Below are positions 9,859 to 18,645 of a DNA stretch of 39,684 bases, one piece after another (position 1 is the stretch's first letter; each line of letters begins with the position of its first letter). The notes under the pieces are model-generated. The model did no database searches. It was not told the origin of the DNA and saw only the letters and a list, made by a program, of their open reading frames with translations. Both the position numbers and the translations under genes were made by a program. Origin of the DNA: Verrucomicrobiota bacterium (lineage in GTDB: Bacteria > Verrucomicrobiota > Verrucomicrobiia > Chthoniobacterales > UBA10450); contig JBDUDH010000052.1 of the NCBI GenBank assembly GCA_040003015.1, forward strand, positions 1 to 39,684, written 5' to 3'.

Positions 9859-10725
9859 ATGAATGATTATCTCCTCTCGGTCGTTCTCGGGATTATCGAA
9901 GGATTGACCGAGTTCTTGCCGGTCAGTTCGACCGCGCATTTGCGGATCGCCGAAGCGTTGCTGAATATCGATCTCAGAAATGGTTTCTGGAAAATGTACA
10001 CCATCGTCATCCAACTCGGCGCGATCATCGCGCTGACGGGATTTTTTTGGCGGCGAATTATGAAATTAATCTCGACCTTTCCGCGCGGTGAGAACGGTGA
10101 CCGAACGATCCTGACTCATCCACTAAGTCTGGTTTTGACCGCGTTTATCGTGACGGCGCTGCCATCATTCCTGCTGGTCAGGCTGATCGGAAAAAACCTG
10201 GAAAGTCTTTATGTGATGAGCGCGGCACTTTTGGTCGGCGGCATCGTTATGTGGATTGTCGATGCGATCTCCACGCGACCAACAATCCATCGGATGGAGC
10301 AGACAGGTTTGATAGCTGCGATGTGGATCGGCACAGTCCAAACTCTTTCGGCGGTGTTCCCAGGAACTTCGCGCTCGATGTGCACGATCGCGGCAGGACA
10401 GCTCGCGGGCATGTCGCGGGAGACGGCACTGGAGTTTTCGTTTTTCCTTTCGATTCCGACCATGTTTGTAGCGACCGGCTATGATTTGTTGAAGACAATT
10501 CATCCCGATCACGCGACGATGGCAATCGCACCGCTTACGATGAATTCACATTCGTGGACGGTGCTGGCGATCGGCTTTGTGATGGCATTCGTCGTCGCCC
10601 TCGGGGTTGTCGCCTGGTTCCTGCGCTGGGTGCGAAATCACGGGCTCGCACCATTCGCGATTTATCGAATTTTGTTTGGAGTGCTTCTGCTGATCCTGTT
10701 GTATCGCGGCGTGATTGGCCACTGA
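9859..10725 (+). CDS. uppP: Undecaprenyl-diphosphate phosphatase
   Basis: BacA/UppP signature GIIEGLTEFLPVSSTAHL plus the second motif PGTSRS. The protein is polytopic and 288 aa. Confidence 0.92.
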   Translation: MNDYLLSVVLGIIEGLTEFLPVSSTAHLRIAEALLNIDLRNGFWKMYTIVIQLGAIIALTGFFWRRIMKLISTFPRGENGDRTILTHPLSLVLTAFIVTALPSFLLVRLIGKNLESLYVMSAALLVGGIVMWIVDAISTRPTIHRMEQTGLIAAMWIGTVQTLSAVFPGTSRSMCTIAAGQLAGMSRETALEFSFFLSIPTMFVATGYDLLKTIHPDHATMAIAPLTMNSHSWTVLAIGFVMAFVVALGVVAWFLRWVRNHGLAPFAIYRILFGVLLLILLYRGVIGH

Positions 10726-10752
10726 TCGGATTGCAGCTAGATTGGGCGAGCG

Positions 10753-11154
10753 ATGCGGGACGACGCTATACTGCCCGATCTTCAGAGCTGTGTTCTCTGC
10801 GAGGATGTTCGTTGCGAATTCAACGGCATGCAGACGCTTGTCGGCGTGTTGAATGTCGTTCCGACGCCGTCGCTGCCAGTAAATTATTTGAGGCTGTGCA
10901 TCTGGTCTCGCTGGTGCAGTGGCAGTGGAACGTTTCGGCAGAAATCAAAAATCGTCGGTCCAGATGATCGGCAAATGATTGCGCAGGCGGAGGTGCAGTT
11001 TGAGCTCAAGGAGATGGAAGGTCACGCGACGAATGTCCATTATTTCGGCGGGGTGCAGTTTCAGCAGTTCGGCCTGCACCACGTTGAGATTTATTTGGAG
11101 GAGGAATTGCGACTGCGCTTCCCGTTGCCTGTCGTGCAGGTGAAGGCAGCATGA
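10753..11154 (+). CDS. Hypothetical protein (133 aa, soluble)
   Basis: Clean ORF with an ATG start that fits the gap between uppP and the M23 peptidase gene. It has an N-terminal CVLCEDVRCE cysteine cluster and a beta-rich pattern. No family recognised with confidence. Confidence 0.5.
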   Translation: MRDDAILPDLQSCVLCEDVRCEFNGMQTLVGVLNVVPTPSLPVNYLRLCIWSRWCSGSGTFRQKSKIVGPDDRQMIAQAEVQFELKEMEGHATNVHYFGGVQFQQFGLHHVEIYLEEELRLRFPLPVVQVKAA

Positions 11155-11231
11155 GCCTGCCTTAAAATCCTTACGTTTTTTATAACAAAGCGCTTGCCAG
11201 GCTTGGGCAAAGCGGTTAGAAAGGCGGCTCC

Positions 11232-11963
11232 ATGCTCGGCAAGGCCTTCGTTACCAGCGTCATATTTTCTGTTTTGATCGCTGGTGCGCGAGCGCAATCC
11301 GAGACTGCGTTCACAAAACTCGCCGACGGCTTTGATTTTCCCGTCGGTAAAGCGGAGGCGCAAGGTTACTACAAAGCACGTGGCTTTCGGCCCAACGGAC
11401 ATTTAGGCGAAGATTGGGATGGTGTCGGCGGGGGCGATACCGACCTGAACGATCCGGTCTGCAACATTGCCGGCGGTGTGGTCGTTTTTGCGCGCGATGT
11501 GCATCTCGGATGGGGGAATGTTGTGATCGTCCGCCATAGCTTTCGTGAAGACGGAGTGATCAAGACCATCGATGCGCTTTACGGGCACTTGAACACGATT
11601 CTGGTCACGCGCGGGCAAAACGTCGTGCGCGGCCAACAGATCGGAACAATCGGCACAGCGCACGGGAGGTACGACGCGCATCTGCACTTTGAAATCAGGA
11701 AAAATCTTGAGATCGGCATCAACCGCGCGGCTTTCAGTCGCGACTTCAACAATTACTATGATCCCACGCGCTTCATCATTGCGCATCGGCGTCTTGCGAC
11801 GGGTTTTGGAAAATATCCGGTCGCGATGAACACTTTCACGCGCGATGGCGTTTACGATTTCGGTAACGCGCCTGACTTCGGCTCGCACCATCGCAGCTCA
11901 TCCGCTCATTCGAAAAGCTCAGTCGTTTTCCGAGTCGATCGCTTCAGCGATCTGAAGGATTAG
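11232..11963 (+). CDS. Secreted M23-family metallopeptidase
   Basis: Signal peptide MLGKAFVTSVIFSVLIAGARAQS. M23 zinc motifs H..GEDWD (HLGEDWDG) and HLHFEIR. Confidence 0.85.
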   Translation: MLGKAFVTSVIFSVLIAGARAQSETAFTKLADGFDFPVGKAEAQGYYKARGFRPNGHLGEDWDGVGGGDTDLNDPVCNIAGGVVVFARDVHLGWGNVVIVRHSFREDGVIKTIDALYGHLNTILVTRGQNVVRGQQIGTIGTAHGRYDAHLHFEIRKNLEIGINRAAFSRDFNNYYDPTRFIIAHRRLATGFGKYPVAMNTFTRDGVYDFGNAPDFGSHHRSSSAHSKSSVVFRVDRFSDLKD

Positions 11964-12133
11964 AAGCGCATCGAACGATTTGTCGAAGGGATACGTGCGG
12001 TCGTGTCCCAGACAGTTTAATGAGAGTCCCCGCCGTTTATATCAACGGGAAAAAAAGATCTTCTCCGAAAGCTGGGTGGCGCCGATTGCGCGGCCGATTG
12101 CGCGCACTCCTCTAATTCGGCAGAGTGGTCCCG

Positions 12134-12286
12134 CTAGATCTGGCCAGCCATTGCGAGGATGAGGACAATCAGGAGGACCAATCCGATTCCGCCAACCGGA
12201 TAATATCCCCAGCCGCTGCTGTAAGGCCAGGCGGGGAACGCTCCGATTAAAAGAAGGATCAGCACGATGAGCAGGATGGTTCGCAT
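12134..12286 (-). CDS. Small membrane protein, DUF3309-like (50 aa; absent from the ORF track)
   Basis: My own translation of the minus strand gives ATG 12286-12284 to TAG 12136-12134: MRTILLIVLILLLIGAFPAWPYSSGWGYYPVGGIGLVLLIVLILAMAGQI. It shows two hydrophobic helices around a PxWPYS..WGYYP.GG core, which I recall as the DUF3309 pattern. Confidence 0.7.
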   Translation of the reverse strand: MRTILLIVLILLLIGAFPAWPYSSGWGYYPVGGIGLVLLIVLILAMAGQI

Positions 12287-12502
12287 GGGCAGCAGAGTAA
12301 GGAGATCGCCCGAGTAATAGCAATATCTTTTTTATCAAAATTTCTTAGGAGCGGGTCTGGCCCGACGAACGAATTCTCCACGCGGTCGATTTTAGGAAAT
12401 TTCTTGCAGGACTAACACTGCATTCTATCCTTGGACGCAGTCCCGAATGTGTCCCGCACGGATGCATCGGGACGATTTGTTGTCCGAGTAGTTTTCGATC
12501 AC

Positions 12503-13771
12503 ATGGCAAATACGATTTTAGTTGGGGCGCAATGGGGCGACGAAGGTAAAGGGAAAATCATCGATGTCCTCACTGGAGACGCAGATATCGTGGTGCGCAG
12601 TCAGGGCGGCAATAACGCCGGGCACACCGTCATTCACGGGAAAAGGAAATACGTTCTGCATCTGATTCCGTCCGGGATTTTGCGGCGTGGTAAAATCTGC
12701 GTGATCGGCAATGGTGTAGTTGTCGACCCGCTCGCGCTGGTGGACGAGATCGAAGGCTTGCGCAGGCTCGGGATCGCGATTGGCAAAAATTTGATCGTCA
12801 GCGATTGCGCACACCTCGTTCTTCCATATCACCGCATCCTCGATGAGCAGCGCGAGCTGCGGAAAGGTCGTGCGAAGATCGGCACGACCAAGCGCGGGAT
12901 TGGGCCGGCCTACGGCGACAAGGCGGCACGAACTGGCCTGCGTATTTCCGATCTTATGCAGCCGGTGCTTTTTTCCAGGAAACTGCAGGCTAAGGTTCGC
13001 GAAAATAACAACATCCTGAAAGCGCTCGGTGCGAGACCGATCAACTTTCGCGCAGTCAACGCCACATATCTTCGGGCTGGAGAAAAGCTGCGGCCGTTTG
13101 TGGCTAACACCGTCGTTTATCTGCACCGTGCTTTGCAGCAGGGGAAAGAAATCCTTTTCGAAGGCGCGCAAGGCACCTTCCTCGATATCGACCATGGAAC
13201 GTATCCTTATGTCACCTCATCTAACACGACCGCGGGTGGCGCGTGCACCGGTTCCGGCGTGCCACCGCACCGGATGGATCGGGTGCTCGGCGTGATGAAG
13301 GCCTACACCACTCGCGTCGGCGAAGGCAGTCTGCCGACCGAGGATCCCGTCTTGGCGCGGATGTTACACGAGATGGGACGAGAATTCGGCGCGACCACCG
13401 GACGGGCACGGCGCTGCGGTTGGTTCGACGCGGTGGCGACGCGATATGCAACGATGATCAACGGCATCGACGATCTGGCGATCACCAATCTTGATGGTCT
13501 CGATTTCGTCGATCCAATCAAGGTGTGTGTTGCTTACCGATTGAACGGCAGGAAGCTCCACGTTCCGCCGAGCGGTGCGGTGCAACTCGCCAACTGCGAG
13601 CCAATTTATGTGGAGATGAAGGGCTGGACTCGATCCACGAACTCCGCAAGAAAACTCTCGGAGTTGCCTTTGGCAGCAAGAAATTACGTGAAACAAATAT
13701 CCCGGATAACCGGAGCCCGGTTGAAAATCGTCAGCGTCGGCCCGAACCGTGCGCAAACGATTTTAACATAG
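12503..13771 (+). CDS. purA: Adenylosuccinate synthase
   Basis: MANTILVGAQWGDEGKGKIID P-loop start and GNNAGHT motif. The track ORF begins at TTG 12431, but ATG 12503 gives the canonical PurA N-terminus. Confidence 0.95.
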   Translation: MANTILVGAQWGDEGKGKIIDVLTGDADIVVRSQGGNNAGHTVIHGKRKYVLHLIPSGILRRGKICVIGNGVVVDPLALVDEIEGLRRLGIAIGKNLIVSDCAHLVLPYHRILDEQRELRKGRAKIGTTKRGIGPAYGDKAARTGLRISDLMQPVLFSRKLQAKVRENNNILKALGARPINFRAVNATYLRAGEKLRPFVANTVVYLHRALQQGKEILFEGAQGTFLDIDHGTYPYVTSSNTTAGGACTGSGVPPHRMDRVLGVMKAYTTRVGEGSLPTEDPVLARMLHEMGREFGATTGRARRCGWFDAVATRYATMINGIDDLAITNLDGLDFVDPIKVCVAYRLNGRKLHVPPSGAVQLANCEPIYVEMKGWTRSTNSARKLSELPLAARNYVKQISRITGARLKIVSVGPNRAQTILT

Positions 13772-13789
13772 AATTTCCGGACGCGGCTC

Positions 13790-14506
13790 ATGGCCCCGCA
13801 AACGAAGGCAGTTCCGCGACACGTTGCCATTATCATGGATGGCAATGGGAGGTGGGCTCGCGCTCGCGGGCTGCCTCGGATCAAAGGCCACGAGAAAGGA
13901 GCCGACGCGGTGCGCGCGTGCGTGGAAGCGTGCGGTGAATTGAAAATAGAATTTCTCACGCTCTATGCTTTTTCTGCGGAGAACTGGCAGCGTCCGAAGA
14001 GCGAGGTTTTTGCGCTGATGCGATTGCTCGAGCGGTTCCTCAAAGAAAAAACTCCCGAGCTTCTGGAAAAAAATGTTCGGCTCCAGGCGATCGGCCGATT
14101 AACCGATTTGCCGCCAGGGTGCCAGGAGCAGCTGCACAAATCGATCGAGCAGACCGCCCGCAACGACGGGCTCACCCTCATCCTCGCCCTCAGCTACGGG
14201 GGGCGATTGGAGATTATCGACGGAATCAAAAGTTTGCTGCGAGCCGTTGAGCTCGGGCATATCGATAAGGCGATGATCGACGTCGAGATGTTCAGCAAAC
14301 ATCTTTACACGCGTTACTATCCTGACCCCGATCTTTTGATCCGCACCTCCGGGGAAATGCGTTTATCGAATTTTCTGCTCTGGCAACTTTCTTATACCGA
14401 AATGTATGTAACGCCAAAACTCTGGCCCGATTTCGGGAAAGCCGATCTGATGGAAGCGGTGAAGAATTTTGGTAGCCGTCAGCGGCGCTACGGCGCGGTG
14501 CAGTAG
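13790..14506 (+). CDS. uppS: Isoprenyl transferase / undecaprenyl-diphosphate synthase
   Basis: cis-prenyltransferase motifs HVAIIMDGNGRWA, TLYAFSAENWQRP and IRTSGEMRLSNFLLWQ. Confidence 0.93.
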   Translation: MAPQTKAVPRHVAIIMDGNGRWARARGLPRIKGHEKGADAVRACVEACGELKIEFLTLYAFSAENWQRPKSEVFALMRLLERFLKEKTPELLEKNVRLQAIGRLTDLPPGCQEQLHKSIEQTARNDGLTLILALSYGGRLEIIDGIKSLLRAVELGHIDKAMIDVEMFSKHLYTRYYPDPDLLIRTSGEMRLSNFLLWQLSYTEMYVTPKLWPDFGKADLMEAVKNFGSRQRRYGAVQ

Positions 14507-14514
14507 TAGATAAG

Positions 14515-15696
14515 TTAAACAAACGCCTCTGCCACGGAATCGGCCAGCAATTTGCCCGAGCGCGTCAGGCGATAAACGCCCTCAAATTCTCGCATCAGAC
14601 CGAGCTCGACGAATTCGCGAACGTCATGGGACCATCGGGTCAACGAATCGACCGGCACTCCTCGATCTGTGCGGAGTGAGAGCGCAATCCTTTCCCCGCG
14701 TTTCATCTCCGGAGTCAGAATCTCGTCAGACCCAGCGGGCGATTGTCCCACCAGAACACGATCGGCATAGAAGCGGTAATCGGAAACGTTCTGCCAGCGT
14801 CGCGCGTCAACGGTCGAGACCGCGCTCGGTCCCATCCCGAGATAATCTTCTCCCGCCCAGTAAGCACGATTATGGGCCGATTCGAAACCTGGACGTGCGT
14901 AGTTTGAAATTTCGTATTGGCAGTAGCCAGCTTGCTCGAGCAGTTTGATCGTTGTTTCGAAAAATTCCGCGTCGGCTTCGCTGTTCGATTGCAATTCGCC
15001 GCGCGCCTGGCGTAAAAAGAATTCAGTGTCTTCCTCGTAGGTCAGGCAATAGGCGGAGATGTGATCGGGGCGCAGCTCGATGGTTTTTTCGAGCGTCTTT
15101 TTCCATTCGGCAAGCATCTGGCCGGGCACGCCAAACATCAGATCGATGTTCAAATTCGTGAAACCTCCCTCCCGCAGTAATCGGAAGGATGCTTCCGCCT
15201 GTGCGGCGTTGTGTTCACGACCGAGAACCTCGAGGAGCGAATCATTCCATGACTGCACGCCGAGGCTGACGCGATTGACGCCATGCTCAAGGATCAACGC
15301 GGCTTTCCTCTGAGACACGCTTCCGGGGTTTGCTTCGAACGTCCATTCGCGCAGTTGCGAGAAATCGAGTCGTTCGCGAAAGCCTTGCAAAAGAAAATTC
15401 AGCTTGGCCGTGGTGAGCGCAGTCGGTGTTCCACCGCCAAAAAAAATTGTCTCGGGTTTTAAATCGAAACGCTCGAGATGCTGATCAAGCTCGCGCAGAA
15501 TCGCATCGCAGAATCGTTGCATTTGCGAGGCATCGGCGCGCTCTTTATAAAATGCGCAATAAGGACAAATCCGTGCGCAGAAGGGAATATGAACGTAGAT
15601 ATGACGGATAGCGTGTTCGTTAGGCACCGAAGAGTTGTCAATCGCGCCGCTGTTCATAAAGTCCACCATCGCCGTTCGTCGCTCACGCTCAATCAT
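14515..15696 (-). CDS. hemW: Radical SAM heme chaperone HemW (HemN-like, oxygen-independent coproporphyrinogen oxidase family)
   Basis: YVHIPFCARICPYCAFY radical SAM motif followed by GGGTP and the HemN C-terminal domain. Alternative starts at 15669 or 15657 would relieve crowding with the divergent neighbour. Confidence 0.88.
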   Translation of the reverse strand: MIERERRTAMVDFMNSGAIDNSSVPNEHAIRHIYVHIPFCARICPYCAFYKERADASQMQRFCDAILRELDQHLERFDLKPETIFFGGGTPTALTTAKLNFLLQGFRERLDFSQLREWTFEANPGSVSQRKAALILEHGVNRVSLGVQSWNDSLLEVLGREHNAAQAEASFRLLREGGFTNLNIDLMFGVPGQMLAEWKKTLEKTIELRPDHISAYCLTYEEDTEFFLRQARGELQSNSEADAEFFETTIKLLEQAGYCQYEISNYARPGFESAHNRAYWAGEDYLGMGPSAVSTVDARRWQNVSDYRFYADRVLVGQSPAGSDEILTPEMKRGERIALSLRTDRGVPVDSLTRWSHDVREFVELGLMREFEGVYRLTRSGKLLADSVAEAFV

Positions 15697-15700
15697 TTTT

Positions 15701-16753
15701 GTGCCACGACTGATCTTTCTGCTCGTTGCACTCCCGGTCTTCTCTTTTTTGAAGGCAGGCGCTCAATCGACGCGGTCTGCGGCCACGCCGTCCCTCGTTT
15801 ACGAGGTTCACAATTCCGCCGCGATCGAACATTATCGCAGCAACCCGGCGATCGTTCGGTCGATGGTGGATACGCTCGTCCTCGCGGTCACGCATCAGGC
15901 GGAAATTGGCAGGGCCTGGGCTTCACTCGTTTCACCTTCCGACAGAATCGGAATCAAAATCTCAGGCGCGGGCGGAGAGCTTTTTACGACTCACCGCGAC
16001 GTGGTTAATGCGATCGTCGATGGTCTGGTCGCGGCCGGTCACATTCGTTCGAGCATCGTCGTGTGGGATCGCTCACTCGGCGGAGTCAGGGAAGCCGGTT
16101 ACAATCCCGGAGTCGATGGTTATCAAATCAAATCGATCGCGCCGCGCGACGGTTATGATGCGAAAGCGATCTTCTCTGCGCCTTTCATGGGCAACTTGAT
16201 CTGGGGCGATTTTGAATACAGCGCGCACGGGTGGGAAATGCCGTTGCTGTCCGACACCGAGAACATCAGCAGCGTCAGTCATTTTTCCAGGATTGTTTCC
16301 AACGAAGTGACCAAGATAATCAACGTGCCGGTGCTAAGCGACAGCGTCACAAATGGAATCGCTGGCTGCCTCTATAACGTTACGATTCCCAACGTCGATA
16401 ATTGGCGGCGATTCACTCAACCTCCGGATTATGGTGCGTCGAGCATTCCGGAAATTTACAGCGGCCCGCGAATCGGCAGGAAGGTGGTCCTAAATCTCAT
16501 GGATGGTCTGGTTGCTCAATATGCCGGCGGCCCGGAGTCGCAGCCAAATTATTCGCTGCACTTCGCGACGCTTTACGCTGGCAAAGACCCGGTGGCGATT
16601 GATGCGGTCGCGCTTCGCCATTTGGAAGAATGGCGCGCTCGGAGCAAGCTCGCCCGGATCGGTCGACTGGCGGGGCACGTTTTGGTGGCCGCGCAGCTTG
16701 GTCTGGGAAATTTGTCGTCGGATCGCATCGAGGTGAGAAATGTCGGGCGTTGA
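15701..16753 (+). CDS. Exported DUF362-domain protein
   Basis: The pattern RIGIKISGAGG...TTHRDVVNAIVDGL...VVWDR and the C-terminal GKDPVAIDAVALRHL resemble DUF362. The track start (TTG 15635) overlaps hemW head-to-head. GTG 15701 yields a clean signal peptide (M)PRLIFLLVALPVFSFLKAGAQS. The start is uncertain. Confidence 0.6.
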   Translation: MPRLIFLLVALPVFSFLKAGAQSTRSAATPSLVYEVHNSAAIEHYRSNPAIVRSMVDTLVLAVTHQAEIGRAWASLVSPSDRIGIKISGAGGELFTTHRDVVNAIVDGLVAAGHIRSSIVVWDRSLGGVREAGYNPGVDGYQIKSIAPRDGYDAKAIFSAPFMGNLIWGDFEYSAHGWEMPLLSDTENISSVSHFSRIVSNEVTKIINVPVLSDSVTNGIAGCLYNVTIPNVDNWRRFTQPPDYGASSIPEIYSGPRIGRKVVLNLMDGLVAQYAGGPESQPNYSLHFATLYAGKDPVAIDAVALRHLEEWRARSKLARIGRLAGHVLVAAQLGLGNLSSDRIEVRNVGR

Positions 16754-16774
16754 TCTGAGGCTCCTCCACCTCCG

Positions 16775-17818
16775 GTGCGTACCAGCAAGGGACGCGAAAT
16801 AATTGTGAGCCATCTCGATGAAAATCGGATGCGCGAAATCGGCGAAGAGATCCTTCGTTCGGTCTCGCGGTCGTTTTATCTCACGATTCGTATTTTGCCA
16901 AGATCGCTTCGCGAACCGATCGGGCTGGCCTATTTGCTGGCTCGGGCCACCGATACAATCGCGGATACTTCCGACATCGCTGCCAAAATTCGTTTGGAAA
17001 GCCTTGCTGCGCTTTCTCGCATGATTCAAGGTGAAGGCGGCGTCGAACCAGCCAATCTATTTCCCATCACTTTCGTGCCGCTCCAGCGAGATGAGGCCGA
17101 GCGCGCCTTGATCGCAAGAATTCCGGAATGTATCGAATGGTTAAATCGATTGTCGCCATCGGATCAAGCGGACATTCGCGCCGCGCTCCGCTCCATTACG
17201 CACGGGCAGAAACTCGATATTCAACGTTTCGAAAGCTCCGCAGCGTTGAGCTGTCTTCGCCATGCCGATGAATTGCATGAATACACTTATTTGGTGGCCG
17301 GTTGCGTGGGCGAACTTTGGACGCGCCTCGGATTTCGTCATCTGCCCAACTTCGCGACGCACTCTGCCGAGGTGATGACAGACTTAGGAATCAAATATGG
17401 TAAAGCTTTGCAGCTGATCAACATCTTGCGCGATGTCGGCGTGGACTTGCGAAGAGGACGCTGTTATTTTCCGGCGGATGAACTTGAGCAGTTGTTCGTC
17501 GAGCCGAAAGATATCCTGCCGCAGCCGGACCGTGTTGCGCCGATCTTTGAAAAATGGCGCAAACGAGCGGAGGAGGGATTAGCCGCAGGAGTGGAATACG
17601 CCTGTGCAATCAGGAATTTCCGAGTCCGACTGGGGACGATTCTGCCGGCTTTGATTGGGGCGCGCACGCTCGCTCTTCTGCGAGCTGCCGGCACGGCCCC
17701 ATTCTCGAGAACGATAAAAATTTCGCGCAACGAGATGCGCTCAATCATTTTCTGGTCGTTGATCAATGCGCCATCCGCCGGCTCGCTGCGGAAGCTTTAT
17801 CGACGTCTTCTGGCCTGA
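16775..17818 (+). CDS. Squalene/phytoene synthase family protein (HpnC/HpnD/CrtB-like head-to-head prenyltransferase)
   Basis: SRSFYLTIRILP, first Asp-rich motif ARATDTIAD, and second motif NILRDVGVDLRRGRCYFP. The start is ambiguous (GTG 16775, GTG 16805 or ATG 16829). It begins 21 nt after the DUF362 gene. Confidence 0.8.
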   Translation: MRTSKGREIIVSHLDENRMREIGEEILRSVSRSFYLTIRILPRSLREPIGLAYLLARATDTIADTSDIAAKIRLESLAALSRMIQGEGGVEPANLFPITFVPLQRDEAERALIARIPECIEWLNRLSPSDQADIRAALRSITHGQKLDIQRFESSAALSCLRHADELHEYTYLVAGCVGELWTRLGFRHLPNFATHSAEVMTDLGIKYGKALQLINILRDVGVDLRRGRCYFPADELEQLFVEPKDILPQPDRVAPIFEKWRKRAEEGLAAGVEYACAIRNFRVRLGTILPALIGARTLALLRAAGTAPFSRTIKISRNEMRSIIFWSLINAPSAGSLRKLYRRLLA

Positions 17819-17845
17819 GGCCGATCTTCGCGCGCGGCGAATGAA

Positions 17846-18598
17846 TCAGAGGAAATAATTGCGCTGTTTTTGTGAGATCGGTCGGTCCAGGCGTTCGAGA
17901 ACCTGCAACATGTCTTCCCAAACTTTGCGTTTCTCAGAAGGCGACTGATTGCGCAGCAAGTAAGAAGGGTGATAAGTGATCATGAGCGGGATGTCGTTGT
18001 AGGAATGCCAGCGGCCTCTCATTTTTCCCACTGGCTCGCGGACTTTCAGTAAGCCTTCGACCGCGGTGGCGCCGAGGGCGATCAAAATCTGTGGTTCGAT
18101 TATTTCAATCTGTTCGATAAGATAGGGCAGGCAGGTTTCCATCTCCCGCGCGGTCGGCGGACGATTTCCAAATGCGCCCGGCGGCATATCCGGCCGACAT
18201 TTTAGAATGTTCGCGATATAGACTTCGTCGCGCCTGAATCCCATCGTCTCGATGATTTTGGTCAGCAGCTGCCCGGCGCGGCCGATAAACGGCTCGCCAC
18301 GCAAGTCTTCATCTGCCCCCGGCGCTTCACCGATAAACATCACTTGGGCGTTCGGATTTCCGACGCCGAACACGGTTTGGGTGCGCGAGCTTGCCAGATG
18401 CGGACACTTCACGCAGATCGCAACACGGTCCTGGAGGGAGGCAAGGCGTGCAGCTTTGTCAGGGGGCGAGGCGCGGCGAAGTTTCTCCATCGCCGCCAAA
18501 GCTGCGCGCGGAGGCTGCTCGTTTCCCAATCGGATTTTTTCGAGCGCGAAAATTACGGTTTCAAGCCCGCGTTCAAAGTCACTCATCGCGCCCGGCAT
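17846..18598 (-). CDS. Uracil-DNA glycosylase, family 4
   Basis: CVKCPHL...VFGVGNPNAQVMFIGEAPGADED and the later HPS motif (ITYHPSYLLRN) are characteristic of family 4 UDGs. There is an N-terminal extension of about 55 aa. Confidence 0.88.
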   Translation of the reverse strand: MPGAMSDFERGLETVIFALEKIRLGNEQPPRAALAAMEKLRRASPPDKAARLASLQDRVAICVKCPHLASSRTQTVFGVGNPNAQVMFIGEAPGADEDLRGEPFIGRAGQLLTKIIETMGFRRDEVYIANILKCRPDMPPGAFGNRPPTAREMETCLPYLIEQIEIIEPQILIALGATAVEGLLKVREPVGKMRGRWHSYNDIPLMITYHPSYLLRNQSPSEKRKVWEDMLQVLERLDRPISQKQRNYFL

Positions 18599-18645
18599 TC
18601 TGGAGATTTTGCGCCGCGCGGCAATTCCTTTGATGTTAAAAAGAA

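Noticed and set aside
12431-12502. 24-codon N-terminal extension of purA (TTG start)
   Set aside because: PurA proteins begin a few residues before the GDEGKGK P-loop. ATG 12503 (MANTILVGAQWGDEGKGK) reproduces this.
12518-13195. 225-aa minus-strand ORF over purA
   Set aside because: It is antisense to purA, so it is a shadow ORF.
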